DNA of 64,000 bases from Azolla caroliniana (Eukaryota; Plantae; Polypodiophyta), in the NCBI GenBank assembly GCA_043228905.1, contig JBHGNT010000005.1, positions 2,294,001 to 2,358,000 of the forward strand, given 5' to 3'. This document shows positions 12,351 to 26,776 of this stretch, in pieces (position 1 is the first letter of the stretch; every line of letters starts with the position of its first letter). Both the position numbers and the translations under genes were made by a program. The notes below the pieces were generated by a model, which searched no databases, was not told the origin of the DNA, and saw only the letters and a list, made by a program, of their open reading frames with translations.

Positions 12351-13691
12351 TCAACTTTGATCTCCGTGATATCTCCGTTGGCTTCTTTGACGGCGACGAG
12401 ACGGTTCTCCACCCTGTTCTCCAACACTATTTCCACCAATACTTCCGACACTATTAGTTGCATCATTGGTACTCACGCGGTGTAGACTCTCAACAAATTG
12501 TCTAAGCCGAGCACTCCCACCTCTCCTCTGCCGTCTGTGTTGATGGCCTCTCAATCGAGATGCAATAGTCCCACTAGTAGCCATGGTTGAGGTTGGACTA
12601 AAGAATTGGAAAAGCAAGAACACCGTCCACCAGTGTCCATCATCACCTGTAAGATCCACATCATTTTCATGGTCGTTCCCACCTTCAACTTCATTCTCTA
12701 TCACATAATCACCAAACACTGATGCATTAGGCATTGCCGATCTTATGCTACTTAACACATCTCCTATGTCTCTCTGGCGCTCGAGACGTCGCCAATCCCT
12801 CTGACGGTTAGGATCAATTTCTGAAGGTCGAGAGAACGGGTGTTGACATCTAGCATGGCCTCGAAGCTCTTCATATGTCCCAACGAACGAACAAGATTCA
12901 TGTGCGCAACTTCTCGACTTCTCATTCATGTGTTTCCGAGCTACATCCATAACTCTCCACCCATCGACTTTCCCTCTGCACAGTGGGCACATTAGATCTT
13001 TTATATCACATTTTTCACCAGACGAAGAAGCAGTCGAGTGATTCGTTTGGTCTGTTTCTTCCATTCCTTCCATTTCACTCATTGAAGCTGTTTCAAGGTC
13101 CATGGAATTCACCACCACATCTGTTATTCCATTACTAGGTATACTAACACTTCTTCTCAATCTGCGGGTAGAAATGGTGTCCATGTTTGCAATTCTATGA
13201 TTGTCTTCACTAACATTTTGCAAGTCATTGTGATGGTTCGTAACACTAGCAAGTCTCCTTGTAAGCCTACGGGAAAATGTAGCAGAATTATTTGAGTCTA
13301 CTATTGTCATGTCTCGACCATCTCCATTAGATCTTGCTTCCAAAACAAGTTCTGGGTGTGTTTCAGCTTCAAGAATCACTTGAATCGGGCCCTGAGATTT
13401 CTTCATTGCCACTTGAGCTCTGCGATACTGATCAAGACAATTAGAGTGTCGATAGCTAGTGTTGCACATATAAGGGCGACAACCTTTATCATGGGAGGAA
13501 CATAGCAAAAGTACAGCATTGTGAGGGAACTCGAGGCATATAGGGCATATAGCATCATCCCAATCTCTCCTTGCATCACATTCTTCTCCATTATCACTTT
13601 TTGATCCTTTACCAGAGTGTTTGTATGGATGTAACCGGTTCTTCTGTTGCTGACTATTAGTAACACAGCGATGACTCTTCTCCTTAGGCAT
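12351..13691 (-). CDS. DUF1644 (C2H2/C2HC zinc-finger-like) protein, single coding exon, 446 aa
   Basis: WDDAICPICLEFPHNAVLLLCSSHDKGCRPYMCNTSYRHSNCLDQY, CPLCRGKVDGW, RSCAHESCSFVGTYEELRGHAR, ERQRDIGDVLSSIRSAMP. First ATG at 13691. 5'UTR intron 14955-13727. TATA-like TATAAATA near 15120. Confidence 0.92.
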   Translation of the reverse strand: MPKEKSHRCVTNSQQQKNRLHPYKHSGKGSKSDNGEECDARRDWDDAICPICLEFPHNAVLLLCSSHDKGCRPYMCNTSYRHSNCLDQYRRAQVAMKKSQGPIQVILEAETHPELVLEARSNGDGRDMTIVDSNNSATFSRRLTRRLASVTNHHNDLQNVSEDNHRIANMDTISTRRLRRSVSIPSNGITDVVVNSMDLETASMSEMEGMEETDQTNHSTASSSGEKCDIKDLMCPLCRGKVDGWRVMDVARKHMNEKSRSCAHESCSFVGTYEELRGHARCQHPFSRPSEIDPNRQRDWRRLERQRDIGDVLSSIRSAMPNASVFGDYVIENEVEGGNDHENDVDLTGDDGHWWTVFLLFQFFSPTSTMATSGTIASRLRGHQHRRQRRGGSARLRQFVESLHRVSTNDATNSVGSIGGNSVGEQGGEPSRRRQRSQRRYHGDQS

Positions 13692-15317
13692 GGTGAGATC
13701 AAAGAAATTCAAGATCGAAAGAAGCCCTAAAGAGCAAAAAACAATTCAGTAAATACACAGGAAAATCACCAAAACATAGAGGTGAAAGATGTCGATTGAA
13801 GCGAATCTTGTATCGAATGAGAGATTGAAAAGAACAATAATCTAGTTCAAAGGAAAACCTAAACGCGAAAAAAGACTTGTTAAGTAAATAATCGAAAACC
13901 TTAAACATAAAGGTGAAAATGATAGTTTCATGAAATTTCTATAAAAACAAGCGATTGAAAACACAGCAAATTTTGTCAAAACCAAGCAAAAACTGTTTCT
14001 TTTAAGGCATGATGATAAAAGAAACATATAATCAATGAAAAAGTGAGAAATAAGTAAGGCGCAAGATAAAATCAGAATGTAGATAGAGAAGGACGAAGAG
14101 AAAGAACGCCTGGAAAGAGAAGCATCCATGGCTGAATGTGGACAACAAAATATGATACAGATATGGCGACAACGAAACCCGTGAGAAATCCTGCCAGAAA
14201 AATGCATCAGAGATAAACGAGACCCTAAAAATAGTTTGAAGGCAGAGAAGAATGGAACCGGGGAGAAAAGGCAAGAAATAGTTAGCAAAATGAAACAGAC
14301 AGGAGGCGACCTCTAGTAACAACGGAAGGAAATGTACACTGCAATAGAGGAAGAGGGAACTCTAAAACGCGGAAAACGTATGACAGAAATGTTAAGCATC
14401 CATGGCTGAAGCGGGTGCGAATCAATCGCTAAAAAAGGAAGCAGAAGATCTTCTCATAATGATAGCAAAAACACGAACCAAAAACTAAAACGATGGTAGA
14501 CAAATAGATGATACGAATTAAACCCAGGGAAACGAGTATGAGCTAGCAGGCATGAACCAAACAACCCCTACACAAAACAGTTAAAACTTCCACGATAGAT
14601 TAACAAGAGGGTTAATGCTCATTCTAACAGGCGCGAATCGAACCCTAAAAAAAACAACAGGAAATCTGTGCAAAAACTAAAAACCAAAAGCATGAATCGG
14701 ATAGCGGAACGGCAACGGAGATTAATCCAAAACCGTGTGTGTGTGTGTGTGTGTTATTTTTGGGGGGGTGTGGAAGAGAAAAAAAGAGAGAAGGAAGATT
14801 AGGCGGTAAATCATACATCGTAGACAAAAAAAAACACAGAGGAAGAAGGAAGATGTGGTAAGGGTAACACAGGAGGAGATCAGAGTAAAGACGTGAAGAA
14901 GGCGAGGGCGATGGAGATGGAGATGGAGGGGGAGGAGTAGGAGAGAGAAGATTACCTGGCGCCAAGACGAAGAAGAAGAAGAAGAAGAAGAAGAAGAAAG
15001 CTCTGCGTGTGTGTCTGCAGAAGGAGGTGCGATGGCAGAATGGAAGAGAAAGAGGAAGGGGAAGAAGAAGAAGAAGAAGAAGAAGAGGAAAGGGAGCGAG
15101 GAGGAAGAAGAGATATTATTTATACACACACCCATATATTATATAAATTTATAATTTATAAATAAATAAATAAATATATATATATATATATATACATATG
15201 TATATACATATATGTACATATGTAAATTGTATATAATTATAATTTTTTATAATTATGCCTAGTGTATGTACATATATACATATGTAACCGCTTAGCTTCC
15301 CTTCCCTTTCCCAATCC

Positions 15318-15362
<45 letters not shown>

Positions 15363-17120
15363 TTTATTATGTATGTATTGTGTTCTTGCCTCCTTCCCTC
15401 TCGTCTCATGGGCCAATTTTGGCCTTAGAAGACGTTAATATAACTTTCTTTCTTTCTCACCCTGGGGAGGCTCCTCGCTCCTCTCTGCCTCCTCTTGCCC
15501 ACACCTTCTTCCACCTGACAAAGATCTTCACCCCCCGTCCCCTAACTCACACTTCAACTTCACTTTTGCGATCCCGCCTCGTGTTCCACCCCTCTTTGCC
15601 TTTCTCTCTTTCATCGTATGGCACAACTTTGCTATTTCACGGTATTTTTCGGGACCCTCGCTTGTATAACAGTTGCTACCTCTTATCTCTTCATCGCTAG
15701 GGAATTAATTGTCGGTGTCGTCTTCTTTAGTTCTAACAACCCAATAAGGCTTAATACTTCCAAGCCTTCCTTACATGCCCCAAATGTATTATTACTAGAA
15801 GCATATGATCATACATACTGTAATCATCCATGGGGAACTACCTACCCTTTACTAAGTAGGAGTGGCTAATGTCCAATGAGCTTGTAATGTGACAAATGAA
15901 CCTTTAAGGTTTCCAACTCACTCTCAAAGGGCAAGTGCTCTCATCTCAAAAAAGGGCCTTTGGGTGCCACAACTTTGGGGCTACCTTTTGGTTCTCATTC
16001 TCTCACTTTTGTATCCACCAAGTGCCACTTTCTTCTTTGTAGCTTTTACACGTTAATACTTGTTTTTTTATTTAAGACAAGCACATGTCTTAACTATTTT
16101 AAGGATTAAATGCGTGTTAATTCACGCCAAAAATATTTCTTAACTGGTGTAATGATTAGGTGCATGTTGATTTTAGTTTAACTTAAGAAGCCTTGAAGAC
16201 TTCTGTGGTTGTTGCATGGAGTGGAGATGTTAGTGCTTTTACATGTTAAAGTATGGTCTTTACCACTAGAGAATGACCTCCCCCAATCCCTCGGTTAGCA
16301 CATTGTGAGAAATGTGACCCCTTGAGGCTTGGTAGTGACCATTGGAAGTGCAACATTCAATTCAACAATCCTACACATTGGAGTAACAAAGGAGCAAAAA
16401 ATAATCACACACAACTCAACAATCCTACAAATGTTAAGTGGGAGAACCATGGAGATAGATCAACATCTTTGTAACGTCCACATCAGAGCAAGGGAAATAG
16501 ACAACAAAGAGACTAGAGACACTATTGGACTGCAATATGACCTCCCATGACTCACCATAACCACATCCATGTAAAGGGCATAATCCATCTACAAGTTGTC
16601 CAAAACCCTAACCATAATAAGGATGTGTTGTTTGTGTGGCCTATTTTGTGTGAGTTGAAAGAGAATGATTGGTTCATTCTATTGTAGGAGGCATCCCTCT
16701 AGGTAGCTCATATCATAGAGATAGATAGATAGATTATATTATCGTCTTCGGAGGTCAAATATGCCCTATGAGACCAAAACTTGTCATTGAGAGAGAGAGA
16801 GAGAAAGAGAGAGAGAGAAGAGAGAGAACCCCTACATTCTACGGTGGCATCTAGTGAATTAAGAGATATATATGAAGTATATAATAGAGAGAAGTGAGAA
16901 AATTGGGTTTCGAACCCAAGAGGCAATGCTTGTAGTGTTAACAACTTACCATTAGGGTAAGATAATTACGAAAGAGAGAGAGAGAGAGAGAGACTTGTCA
17001 TTGAAGAAAGGAATGTCCCATTATGGGATTTGGTATGGGTCTCATAGATTAGCTCACCATGAAGGTAGTTACTAGACCACATGCATTGAACCATGATAAT
17101 CGTCAAATAAGGGCAATGTG

Positions 17121-17607
17121 TATTAAGTGCATAACCATAATTTATCATGAGATAGGTTTTCCGTAGTTTTCCCTAATCTTATGATGTAAATGTGTGAGTT
17201 AATTCTAAAAGCAATGAGGGTACTATGAATTGTTATATTCAATTCTACCGTGTGGGATAACTATTAAGTGTGTTATCACTTGACCACTTTAAATAAAGCA
17301 GTCAAGTGTGGACACACTAGGGCCTAAGGTTTCTGCCTATACAAGGAGGCTAGCTACCTTCTCATGATAGGAGGCTTGACTTATGTTGAGACTATGATAG
17401 TGCGGCTATGCCTCTTATTAGCTAAGTGCGATGTTCCTTGCAGAACCCAAAGTATGATTTGCATCAACCCTCGATGGTATGGGACATCAAGGAGGTTTGG
17501 GTTCGTCTCACGTTGTTGTTAGGGGGTGGTTGGGTGATTTGGCACCCCTCCTTTGTTTCTTTGGTCCATAAACCCTTGTGTTTTGCTTAATTAGTTAGAC
17601 TCTAACA
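17121..17607 (+). mobile_element. Solo LTR (487 bp) of the outer Gypsy family
   Basis: Start TATTAagtgcataaccat aligns with TGTTAcgggcatgaccat (34609); ends TCTAACA. Flanks ATGTG and ACATG both derive from a 5-bp TSD ACGTG by CpG decay. Confidence 0.75.
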
Positions 17608-19400
17608 ACATGTTCTTGCGAATTCTCCTTGTTTGGATAGTATTTAACACGCGCAACTAGCTAATTAAATGTGATAGAGGGTGATGCATATTATTGAGCT
17701 TCTATGTAACATGCAAGCCAAAGTTATCTTGTTTTGTCAAGCAACGACCATATCGTCCACATATAGTTTTAAAATGACCAAGCCATTGTCTTTGACCTTC
17801 TTCATCTAGAGCCAATGGTCATCGTTGTTGCACATATAGTCATCGGAATTCCTATATGCATTGCATTCATGTTACAATTCATAGAGTGTTGGTTTTTCTT
17901 AAGCTTGCATATCATGGCCTCTTTACCCTTCTCTTCAAACCTTGTGGGTTGCTACTTATAAAGTTTCTCATGGAGGTCTTCATCCAAGACGAATGTCTTC
18001 ACATCCATTTGGACCAACTCCATGTCTATCATGATTATTGATCAAAGCATACATCACAATGTAGTCAACTTGACTTCATGTGTGTAATATAATCAAAGTC
18101 AATGCATTCATTTGCTTCAAATTCATATTAGCCATTTTAGCGTTGTATTTCAATAAGACATCATCTCAAGTGCCTTCAACTTAGAAGACCATGTTTCCAA
18201 AGCATAGCTTTCTTGCCTTTGAGGAAAACACATAAAGTCCCATGTGTTATTTATTCCGCCTTTGAGGCAACTTTTTTATTTTCTTAGCATGACCCCGCTT
18301 GGGTTAATCATCAAACTTTATAGCCTTCTCATTAACACAAGAGCTCACCACACTTCTTAACATAAGTTCGTCCTCACCAAGGAAAAATCATTGAAGAGGA
18401 TGAACCATCCTTGTAAATAGTATCAATGAGTCATCAACTAGCTCTACTAGTGGCTCAACAATTAGAGTTATTTGCCTTTCCTCTCATGAAGGTCACCACC
18501 AAATGAGTTTGTGATAGGTCTTTGTTGTCTACCCTTATCATCTCATCCACCATAATAAGCTTCCTATACATTCTCATCTGATTAAAAATGACATCATGGC
18601 AACAAACTACCTTCTTAGTTTTGGGATGCCATTGGTGATGCCCCATTTTTCCTTCAAGATATTTATTTATTTATATTGAAGATTCTTATGAAGCTTAATG
18701 GGCACTTATATAGACAATTTGGTCACCGTAGTTGTTTTCTATCAAAGTATTTGTTCTCCAACATTGACTTGTTCCATTAGTCTGCAAGTTTCCTCTATGA
18801 GAATACCCAATTTGATAACTTAGAGGAATATTCTAACTTTGTTATAATGAAGGATTGATTGGTCTCATATTCTCAATGATTGATTTGGTTACGAAACTTA
18901 GAATGAAGTTCTCTTGTTGTCATGTTGAATACACAAATTCAACCTAATCGATGAATCCATGTCTTGTTACTTTAGCAATCTTTGGTGTATGGCATTCCTT
19001 GGAGATTACCCATATCTACCCTTCGAAATGAAGAGATCTGCAATGTGTCAAGGATTTCTCTTTGTCCGTCTCAATATCGTGGATTCATAATTATTTTCTG
19101 ATGTTGCCTCCATACAATTGACACGCCTACTCCAATACTTCATTGATTTTCATCCCTATATCCATCATAGCCTTCTCCATCATTGAATCTACTCAAACAT
19201 AATGAGCATGAAGGATAAAGATTCTAACTCTCTATCTCCTTGCAACTTGTTTATATTGAGCTCACAAAATGTCAGACAATAGTGCAATGGATTTGTGTGT
19301 GCATGAGTGGAACCATCAAAGTTTTGGATTAGGAGATGTTTGACAAGGGAAGTCATGATGAACTACTAGAGATATATGTTGAGAGAAAGATTTTGATTAA
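17608..19400 (-). mobile_element. Decayed Ty1/Copia internal region
   Basis: Minus-strand fragments WHPKTKKVVCCHDVIFN (post-integrase), MDVKTFVLDEDLHEKLY and LVILKLYVDDMVVA (RT) in Copia order; many stops. Confidence 0.75.
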
Positions 19401-19435
19401 CAAGACATGAATAGGGATTGCATATCATACTTTAG

Positions 19436-19970
19436 TTTTAGATGATTACAATAGTAGAGAGCTTTCATTGCTCATTTTCTTCTTCATTCTTTCATGATGA
19501 GTTCCCTTATATAGGGTTCCTCGTTCTAAGAAATTGATGGTGTGCAAGCATCCATCCACTTGGCGATCAAGCTTTAAGTTAGTTTAAACACATGTATACG
19601 ATTTAATGGTAATGCATATTCCATGGTATATTTATACTTATGTTTTTTAGCTCAATGCTAGTTATAATGCTTCATATTGTGTAAATGTAAGGTTCAAACC
19701 CATTCATACTGTATGTCACAGTCTAATTTTAGATGATTACAACAGTAAAGAGCTTTCGCTGCTCTTGTCCTTCTTCCTTATTTCAAAATGAGTTCCCTTA
19801 TATAGGGTTCCTCATTTTAAGGTGGTATGTGAGCATCCATCCACTTATGATTTAATGGTAATGGAGTTTCCATCATATTTTTGTTTATGCCTTTTAGCTC
19901 AATGGTACTTATAATGCTTCATATTGTGTAGATGTAAGGTTCAAACCCCATTCATAGTGTATATCCTAGT
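19436..19970. repeat. Two-copy ~290-bp tandem duplication, each copy ending in a tRNA-like SINE head
   Basis: ttttagatgattacaa...gagttcccttatatagggttcctc...tagctcaatg...ggttcaaaccc at ~19436 and ~19727. Confidence 0.75.
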
Positions 19971-20999
19971 CTAATAGTCCTTTGCTAGACCCTTGTTTGC
20001 AACCAATATATATGCTTGGTTTAGAAGTGGTTCACACTATGCTTCGTATGCAACTCAACAATGTGCAAGCATATTATACTGCTTAATTCCTACCTCTAAA
20101 AGCTCATTCATGTTTATTTTGTATGAAATTTCACACTAACATAAAGTTGAGAAAGATAAATTACATGAAGACCTAGATGGCAAAGTCGTTACACTCCTTT
20201 TTGTCAAGTATCCAAGCGGACCATAATAGAAAGACGGTTTTGCTTGATTCTTGTTAATGATATGATAATGCTGAGTTTATATTAAGTATATGCTTCAACT
20301 GAAACAATGGACATGAAATGTAAAGATATAGATGTTCATGGTTATGTCATGGATGTTTGAAAGGATATCCCATGATAATTGTATGAGCAAGAGCCCATAA
20401 TTGCACATAGAAAGTAAAAAATGTCATTGATATGTAAAGAAGCTTTCATGAATATTATATAATTATGAGAATTTGTGGCTACACATGTAGTGGACACTGG
20501 ATAGTGATAAGTATGGATATGTCAAGGATATAATATTGCATGGTCATGGACAGGTCATGCATTGATCATGGAGAGAGAAAGATCAAACTCTCATAAGCTT
20601 GTTAATCTTATTCAAATGGTCTCCAATCAATGTACAACAATCCTTGCCTCCTAAAGTAAGATGTATATAAAACTTGTTTTCCAAATAAATAATTGACGGA
20701 AAGCGCTATTTGCCCCCCCATTTTTTTTTACAATTTCTGATAGTTCTCACTGCTCACCTCGTTCAGCAACATGTCCCTGATGATAGTATACCCATTGACT
20801 TTAGAACAAGTCCTCACTTAAATCTAGTTGGATCTTCTATTGCATCGGTTGTCCCGTTTTCCACCCTTTAGAGCTCGTGTCAATCGTAGTGGCTTTTCTT
20901 GAGTTGCATCAACAATTCCCCTGTTGTGATAAATTCTTATATCAACATATGTTGTCAAATCCTACAAAACTTTTTCTTTTTTTTTAAACAAAATATCCT

Positions 21000-22740
21000 T
21001 TCATTAGTTTTAAAAAAAGGCACATCATCTACAATGCTATGTTTTCCGTAGAGATTGTGCAACTATTGAAGCCAATCTATCCCACAACACCTCCATCCAT
21101 CACAAAATCTAATTTCATTTTTGTATGTACAAGCAATTCTCCCATGTTGCCACATGCTTTCAACATACCCAAAAATGTCATCATATAAGGTATGTTGTAG
21201 TGACTATCGATGTTGATTTGAAGGGCTTGAATAATCCAAAATGCATTAAACCATTGGTTGGTTGGTGGCTCATAGGTTTCACATCCGTTGTTTAGCCCAC
21301 CTGAACTAAAAGATCATTGAATGTTTTTGGGGTTTTTTTAAGCTCACCACATTTAGCATACATGTCCACGAAAGCATTCCCAAGCTCAATATTGTCTTCC
21401 AACAATCTCGTACTCACGATTTCATTGTGAATTTCTATGTCGTTATCAGCCACCACTGCACTACCGCGGGCCTTTAGCAAACTTACAAGGGTGTTTGCAT
21501 ATGGAGAAAGACCATAATTTTGCATTTGTTAAAAAGGATTCCATGCTTCCTGGCCAAATCTATGCTTTGGGAATATCTTGAAATTAGTGCATTCCAAGAA
21601 GCCACAACCTGAACCAACAGCCCCTTGAGCACTTTTTGTACTTTTCCTACTTCACCACATTTGACATACATATCCACCAAAGCAGTATCTAGTTTCTGAA
21701 CTTTACCGATCAATCTTTCACTTACAATTTCACTGTGAATTTGCTCACCTCTATGTAAAGCCCCTATGCTTGAAGAAGCCTTCGATATGCAAATAGAGGT
21801 GATTGTATTTGGCAAGAACTAATTCCGCTACATCCTCTTGAAATAAGTTTTAGCTTTGCTTCCTTCCCCTCGCGGAACATATCCAAAGATCAAAACATTC
21901 CACAAACACAATGTCACGAACACAAAGATCATCAAAAACTTCTTGCGGTTTTTTCTAGTTCGCCACATTTTGCATACATATCCACCAACAAATTGCCGAG
22001 CTCGACATGCTTGTTTAAGCAGTTCATATGGATAATCTCATGGTGGATTTGTTTCCCCCTATCTATTCCACATGCCTTCAAGATGCAAGTGAAAGTGATG
22101 CCTATCTGTTTGAAACACTTCAATGCACCTTCCATGCTGAGCATATCTTTAGATCAATGAATTCCATGAAACCAAATCTTGAATAGGAAGTTCATCAAAC
22201 ACCAACTTAGCTTTTTCCAAATCATCACATTTGGCATACATGTCAACAAAAGCATTATCAAGCATAACATTCTCTTCCAATAAACTTTTACATGAAGATG
22301 CCAGTAAACATATATAATATCTTCCTATAGTCTTCGTACTTTCTCAATGTCTCCTAATTAAAATGTACATCTTGTTGTTGGTTGACTGGTTTTCTAAGAG
22401 ACAAATTGCACTTTGTATTTCGAATTGGATGTATGAGATTCCATGAATTTTTCAACTTGATGTATCCCATTGTATAGTGACACATCTTTGCCCTTCAATA
22501 AGGCTATTTATGAAAACCTTGCCTCTAGCTGATAGTAGTCCGATTACTGCAATAACATCTTCAAAAATGCCACATTTAGCATAATATGCATCAACTAGAA
22601 TCACCACAAGACACGGATCTGAATCAAACTCCCTTTCAATGATCTCATTATGGATTTATTGCCCTCTTCTAATAGCTTTTAGGCTTATGCATGCCTTCAA
22701 GGTAAAAATATAGGTCAAAAAATTCGGCATAGTCCCTTTC
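21000..22740 (-). pseudogene. PLS-class pentatricopeptide repeat (PPR) pseudogene
   Basis: Repeated GNAFVDMYAKCG / TALVDMYVKCG / FTCILKACG / GKQIH / VASWNALI motifs broken by frameshifts and stops. Confidence 0.88.
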
Positions 22741-22744
22741 AACT

Positions 22745-24440
22745 ACTCTTAGACTGCTATAGACCTATGTATGTCCCAAAGCATAAGTAATAATAGTTAT
22801 ACATTGACACATGCCTCGTGTCGGTGGAGGAAATACCCAGAGTGGTGGTTGATACCTCCAACGTATACCACCATTAACCATGCAAAATACCTTCATCCTT
22901 TCCCATCTCTTCTTAAAAACCTCTTGCTTTTGAAAGACTACATCTGGATCACCTTTGATAGCATCATATTCTCCTTTTAGTGTATGCACTAAGGTCATCC
23001 AAATCCACAACATTCCATTGAATTTGTTGAAATATCCTTCGACATCTACTAGTCCACAAAACCCATATGATTATTGAACTAATCGTCTCCCAAACCACGC
23101 CATTTTGGACTGAATTAATAGGCATATATGGTGACACTTCCTCAACATATCGAGCTCTTGTATATAATGCAAAGTTAACCTTTTCTTTTTCATAATCTTG
23201 TACCTCACCCTTAATATTAGCCCACATAATTGCCCCCCATTTATATATTCTAGAGCCATAAACCTCATACAAGAGACGTAAAAATCTTTTCCAAACCAAT
23301 TTGGCAGCCATACATGAACAAAATAGGTGATGAAGAGACTCCACTTCTAAACCACAAAAATCACACATCTTATCCACTTCTTTACAATACATCCAAGCCC
23401 TAACAGGAACCGCATAATTAACAACCAACCTTCTAAAATAGAATAATTTTCTTTGGGATTTGCATAGCCCATAGCCATTTCCAAAATGTTGTCTTGTGAG
23501 TAGGATCCACATTATAAGTCAACCATTTTGTTGATGTTGTCGGCCAATGGGGTACCCTACGTCTTATCATCTCCCTTCCCAATCGAACGGAATACTGAAA
23601 AAACGGAATCGGCCTAACATCCTCCCCAGAATATGATGTAGGCAACCACTTCCATTCTCCTGGGTCCCCATCCAATTCACATAATGGTTTTTTCCCCACT
23701 ACCCCAAGATCCCACCATGGATGCACATCATTAGGATTAGGGTCAAGAACCCAACCCTTATCTCTGTTAGCTAGAATTCTAATAGGTTTTAAGATAGCCT
23801 TAGCCAAACATTCATCTTCCCGAGTAATCATCCCTAATCGTCCATCCTATAGAACATCATAACTTAAGAAAGTACCATCATCTCTAAGGCCACGAACTCC
23901 CAATAAAACCTGAAAATTTGAAAATAATCCCATCCACTTATGACAATTAGAAAGTATATTATCCTGCGAGTTAACTCATCAACTATCACCTTTCCTCCTC
24001 TTATTCCTCTACATTCTTGTTGAATAATATGAGTAGGGTTGTGAACAAATTGTTGCCAATTACTAAGTGATGAGGCAAAAGATGAGTCCACTTGAGCCCA
24101 ATTTAATCTGACTCTCCTCCCCAACAAAGACCCTTCAACATCTAAAAATAAAGGATTCCAAACCAATGGCTGATGTAACCATTCATCCACCGATTTGGGT
24201 TGGACTTGTTACAAGTTATGCTTTATGGACCACCAGGCTCGCTTTATCGCAGCGAAGAATCTATCATTTTGAAACACTATCTTATGCGAATGAAAGTTAG
24301 GAATGAACCACCATTGGAGAGACCTTGTCCATTCACCTCCAGTTTTCGGGAAGACCTCTTTCATTCTCAATTGAAGAAGCATCTTCCACGGTTCATTTCC
24401 TGGCAGTAATCCTCGTACAATAAATTCTACAAAACTTATG
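22745..24440 (-). mobile_element. 5'-truncated, decayed L1/Tx1-like LINE (post-RT region and zf-RVT)
   Basis: QPLVWNPLF, FWKWLW..IPKKI, CDFCGLEVESLHHLFCSC, IIWVLWTSRCRRIF and C-terminal IRWRYQPPLWVFPPP, spread over several frames. Confidence 0.85.
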
Positions 24441-24448
24441 ATGTCATA

Positions 24449-24555
24449 GTCAAGAATATTTTCTTCAATGTCCAATCAATTCTTGCCTATAAATTGATTG
24501 GACATTCAAGAAAATATTCATGAATTGATTGGACATTGAAGAAAATATTCTTGAC
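24449..24555. repeat. Perfect 34-bp inverted repeat with an extra internal copy of one arm
   Basis: 24449-24482 is the exact reverse complement of 24522-24555; 24492-24519 is a third, partial copy. Confidence 0.9.
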
Positions 24556-26776
24556 ACACGACATTAGTTCTTGGTGGTAAAGTTGAAATTTTGGATACAT
24601 CAATACCAACATTGTTATGTTTTCATTGAGTTTTGTATATCTCATGTACCAAGTCTTTGAACGCCGATTATAATATGAGAAAGGATGTTAGGGCATTAGT
24701 GATTAGAGTACTCGACTATACACATTTTTCCCTAAATAAGTTCCAAAGTTCGAGTATCACACTTTAATACAATGCTCTACCTTTTATGACATTTGACTAT
24801 GTTTTCCACACAACCTTAATCAAACCCAATCCTTGCACAAATTTCTCTTAGAGTCATTGTATGTACTCTCAATTGCAATTATTAAATTTCTTGAACATCG
24901 AGAATCACTACTCACATGCAAATGTATTATGTGACAATGTTATATTTTTTGTCTCATAGATCATACTTGACCTTTGAAGATGATCATAAATTCCATTTAC
25001 TTATCCTTCTACCTCTCTCTCACTCACACAGACACACCCATAACACATATCTTCTTTAGTTTATTCTAAGGTGTGTATGCATGTGTTCTTTCATAACGTT
25101 GCATTCCCTAGTTCTTTACAATATTCATACTCTTTAACAAGGTCTAGGTTATGTCATGAATGTCTTACATGTTACGAAGTAGTGTTATTATGAAGTGGCA
25201 TATTCCCCATTGGATGTATTTTCTTCTTTTGGCAGTTCATATCATTCTATAGGGCTTACGCTATTGTATTTTTCCATGTGGGATAGGTATGTTGGGGCTG
25301 TTTTGAGATCTTAATTATATAAGGTTGCCCAAATTTCTATTCTTACCATCCTCTTTGCTCTTAACTATCAATTGGAGGGTTCACTTTGTGGAGCTCTACC
25401 AAATACAGAGAACTATCAAGCAATTTAAATAAATTTAAAGAAATAGTGAAACCAAACTGTTTAAGAAAAAGGTGAAAAGAAAGCAAACCAATTAATCACA
25501 AAGCTAAGCCAAACTGTTTAAGTCAAATTAATTGAACAATAAGAAAAAAAGAATTTAAGTTATACTAATTAAACCATTAGGGGAATAAAGAAAAGTTAAG
25601 CAAAAAACTAACAAACCATCAAACTAAACAATGGAAACAGATAAACCCAAGTTTTAGAACCAAAGAATTTAATGATATTTGAAACCAAATCAAACAGTTT
25701 AATTATATTTGAATCGATAAACCATTAAACCATAGCTTACCTACAATTCAATTTGAGTTGAGATAGGACCCATCATTATTTATGAGCAAACTTCTTTTTC
25801 CCTTGCCTTACAATGTTTTCATTAAGATTGTGATTGCATTGGGAAGTTTCAAGTTGAAAATGTGAGGAAAAGTTTATCAAGCTTACAAGTTTCTTTGCAT
25901 CCTCACCCATATTGCACTGGATTAAAAACGAGGTCAAATTTGAATTCAATCGTATGATAAAGTTTGGATTTTATTGCTCCCCATAGTTGGATCCAAAGTT
26001 AAGTTAAACAACTCGATGCATTAGATGTGGCTCATATTGGTCGAGACATAAACCTAGGGTTCATTGCATGTGAGGGGCTAGGTACCATGGTATGTTTTTC
26101 ACAAATAACTATTAGTAGGTGCACACCTTCAGATTGTAGCACAAATTAGGAGTCATTAAGACAATAACAGACCCATAAGTTCATGGATGACCACATGGTT
26201 CAATACAATAAGGATGACTTAGTGATGCAAACATAAGACCTAGGGTTTCATAGTTTACAAAGGACCCAATACAATTGTATTGAATATGACTTCTTCTTTC
26301 ACAGTTAACAATGAGCAAATTCACCCATCTTTGCCCAGCAAATACTTAGCATCAATTGGGCATCCGCTTTCTGTTGTTGATGAATGAGAGTCAAACATAA
26401 AGCTTATAACATGCTTATAATGATAATCACATTGTACTTGAAGTAATGTTTGCTAAAAGAGGATGTAGTGCCAAAATGATAAAGATTGGATATGAATCCC
26501 CACTACGATTCTCACAACAAAGGTGGCTACACAAAATCGAAGTCCTTGACGAGAATGTAATTCCATTGCTATGAATTAGTTACAGATTGGGCTTCCAAAG
26601 TAATTAACAAAAAACACTTCTCACATGTCAAGTGCATTAGAATTTGCATTAGGACAAGATCTTCTCAATCATCAAAGCTCGAAGATAATCATGTAAGATC
26701 CTTTTCGGACTCTTTAGGATCTAGTCTAATATTAATGCAAATTTTCCATGATTATGACCATTCTTGTTGACCTTTA

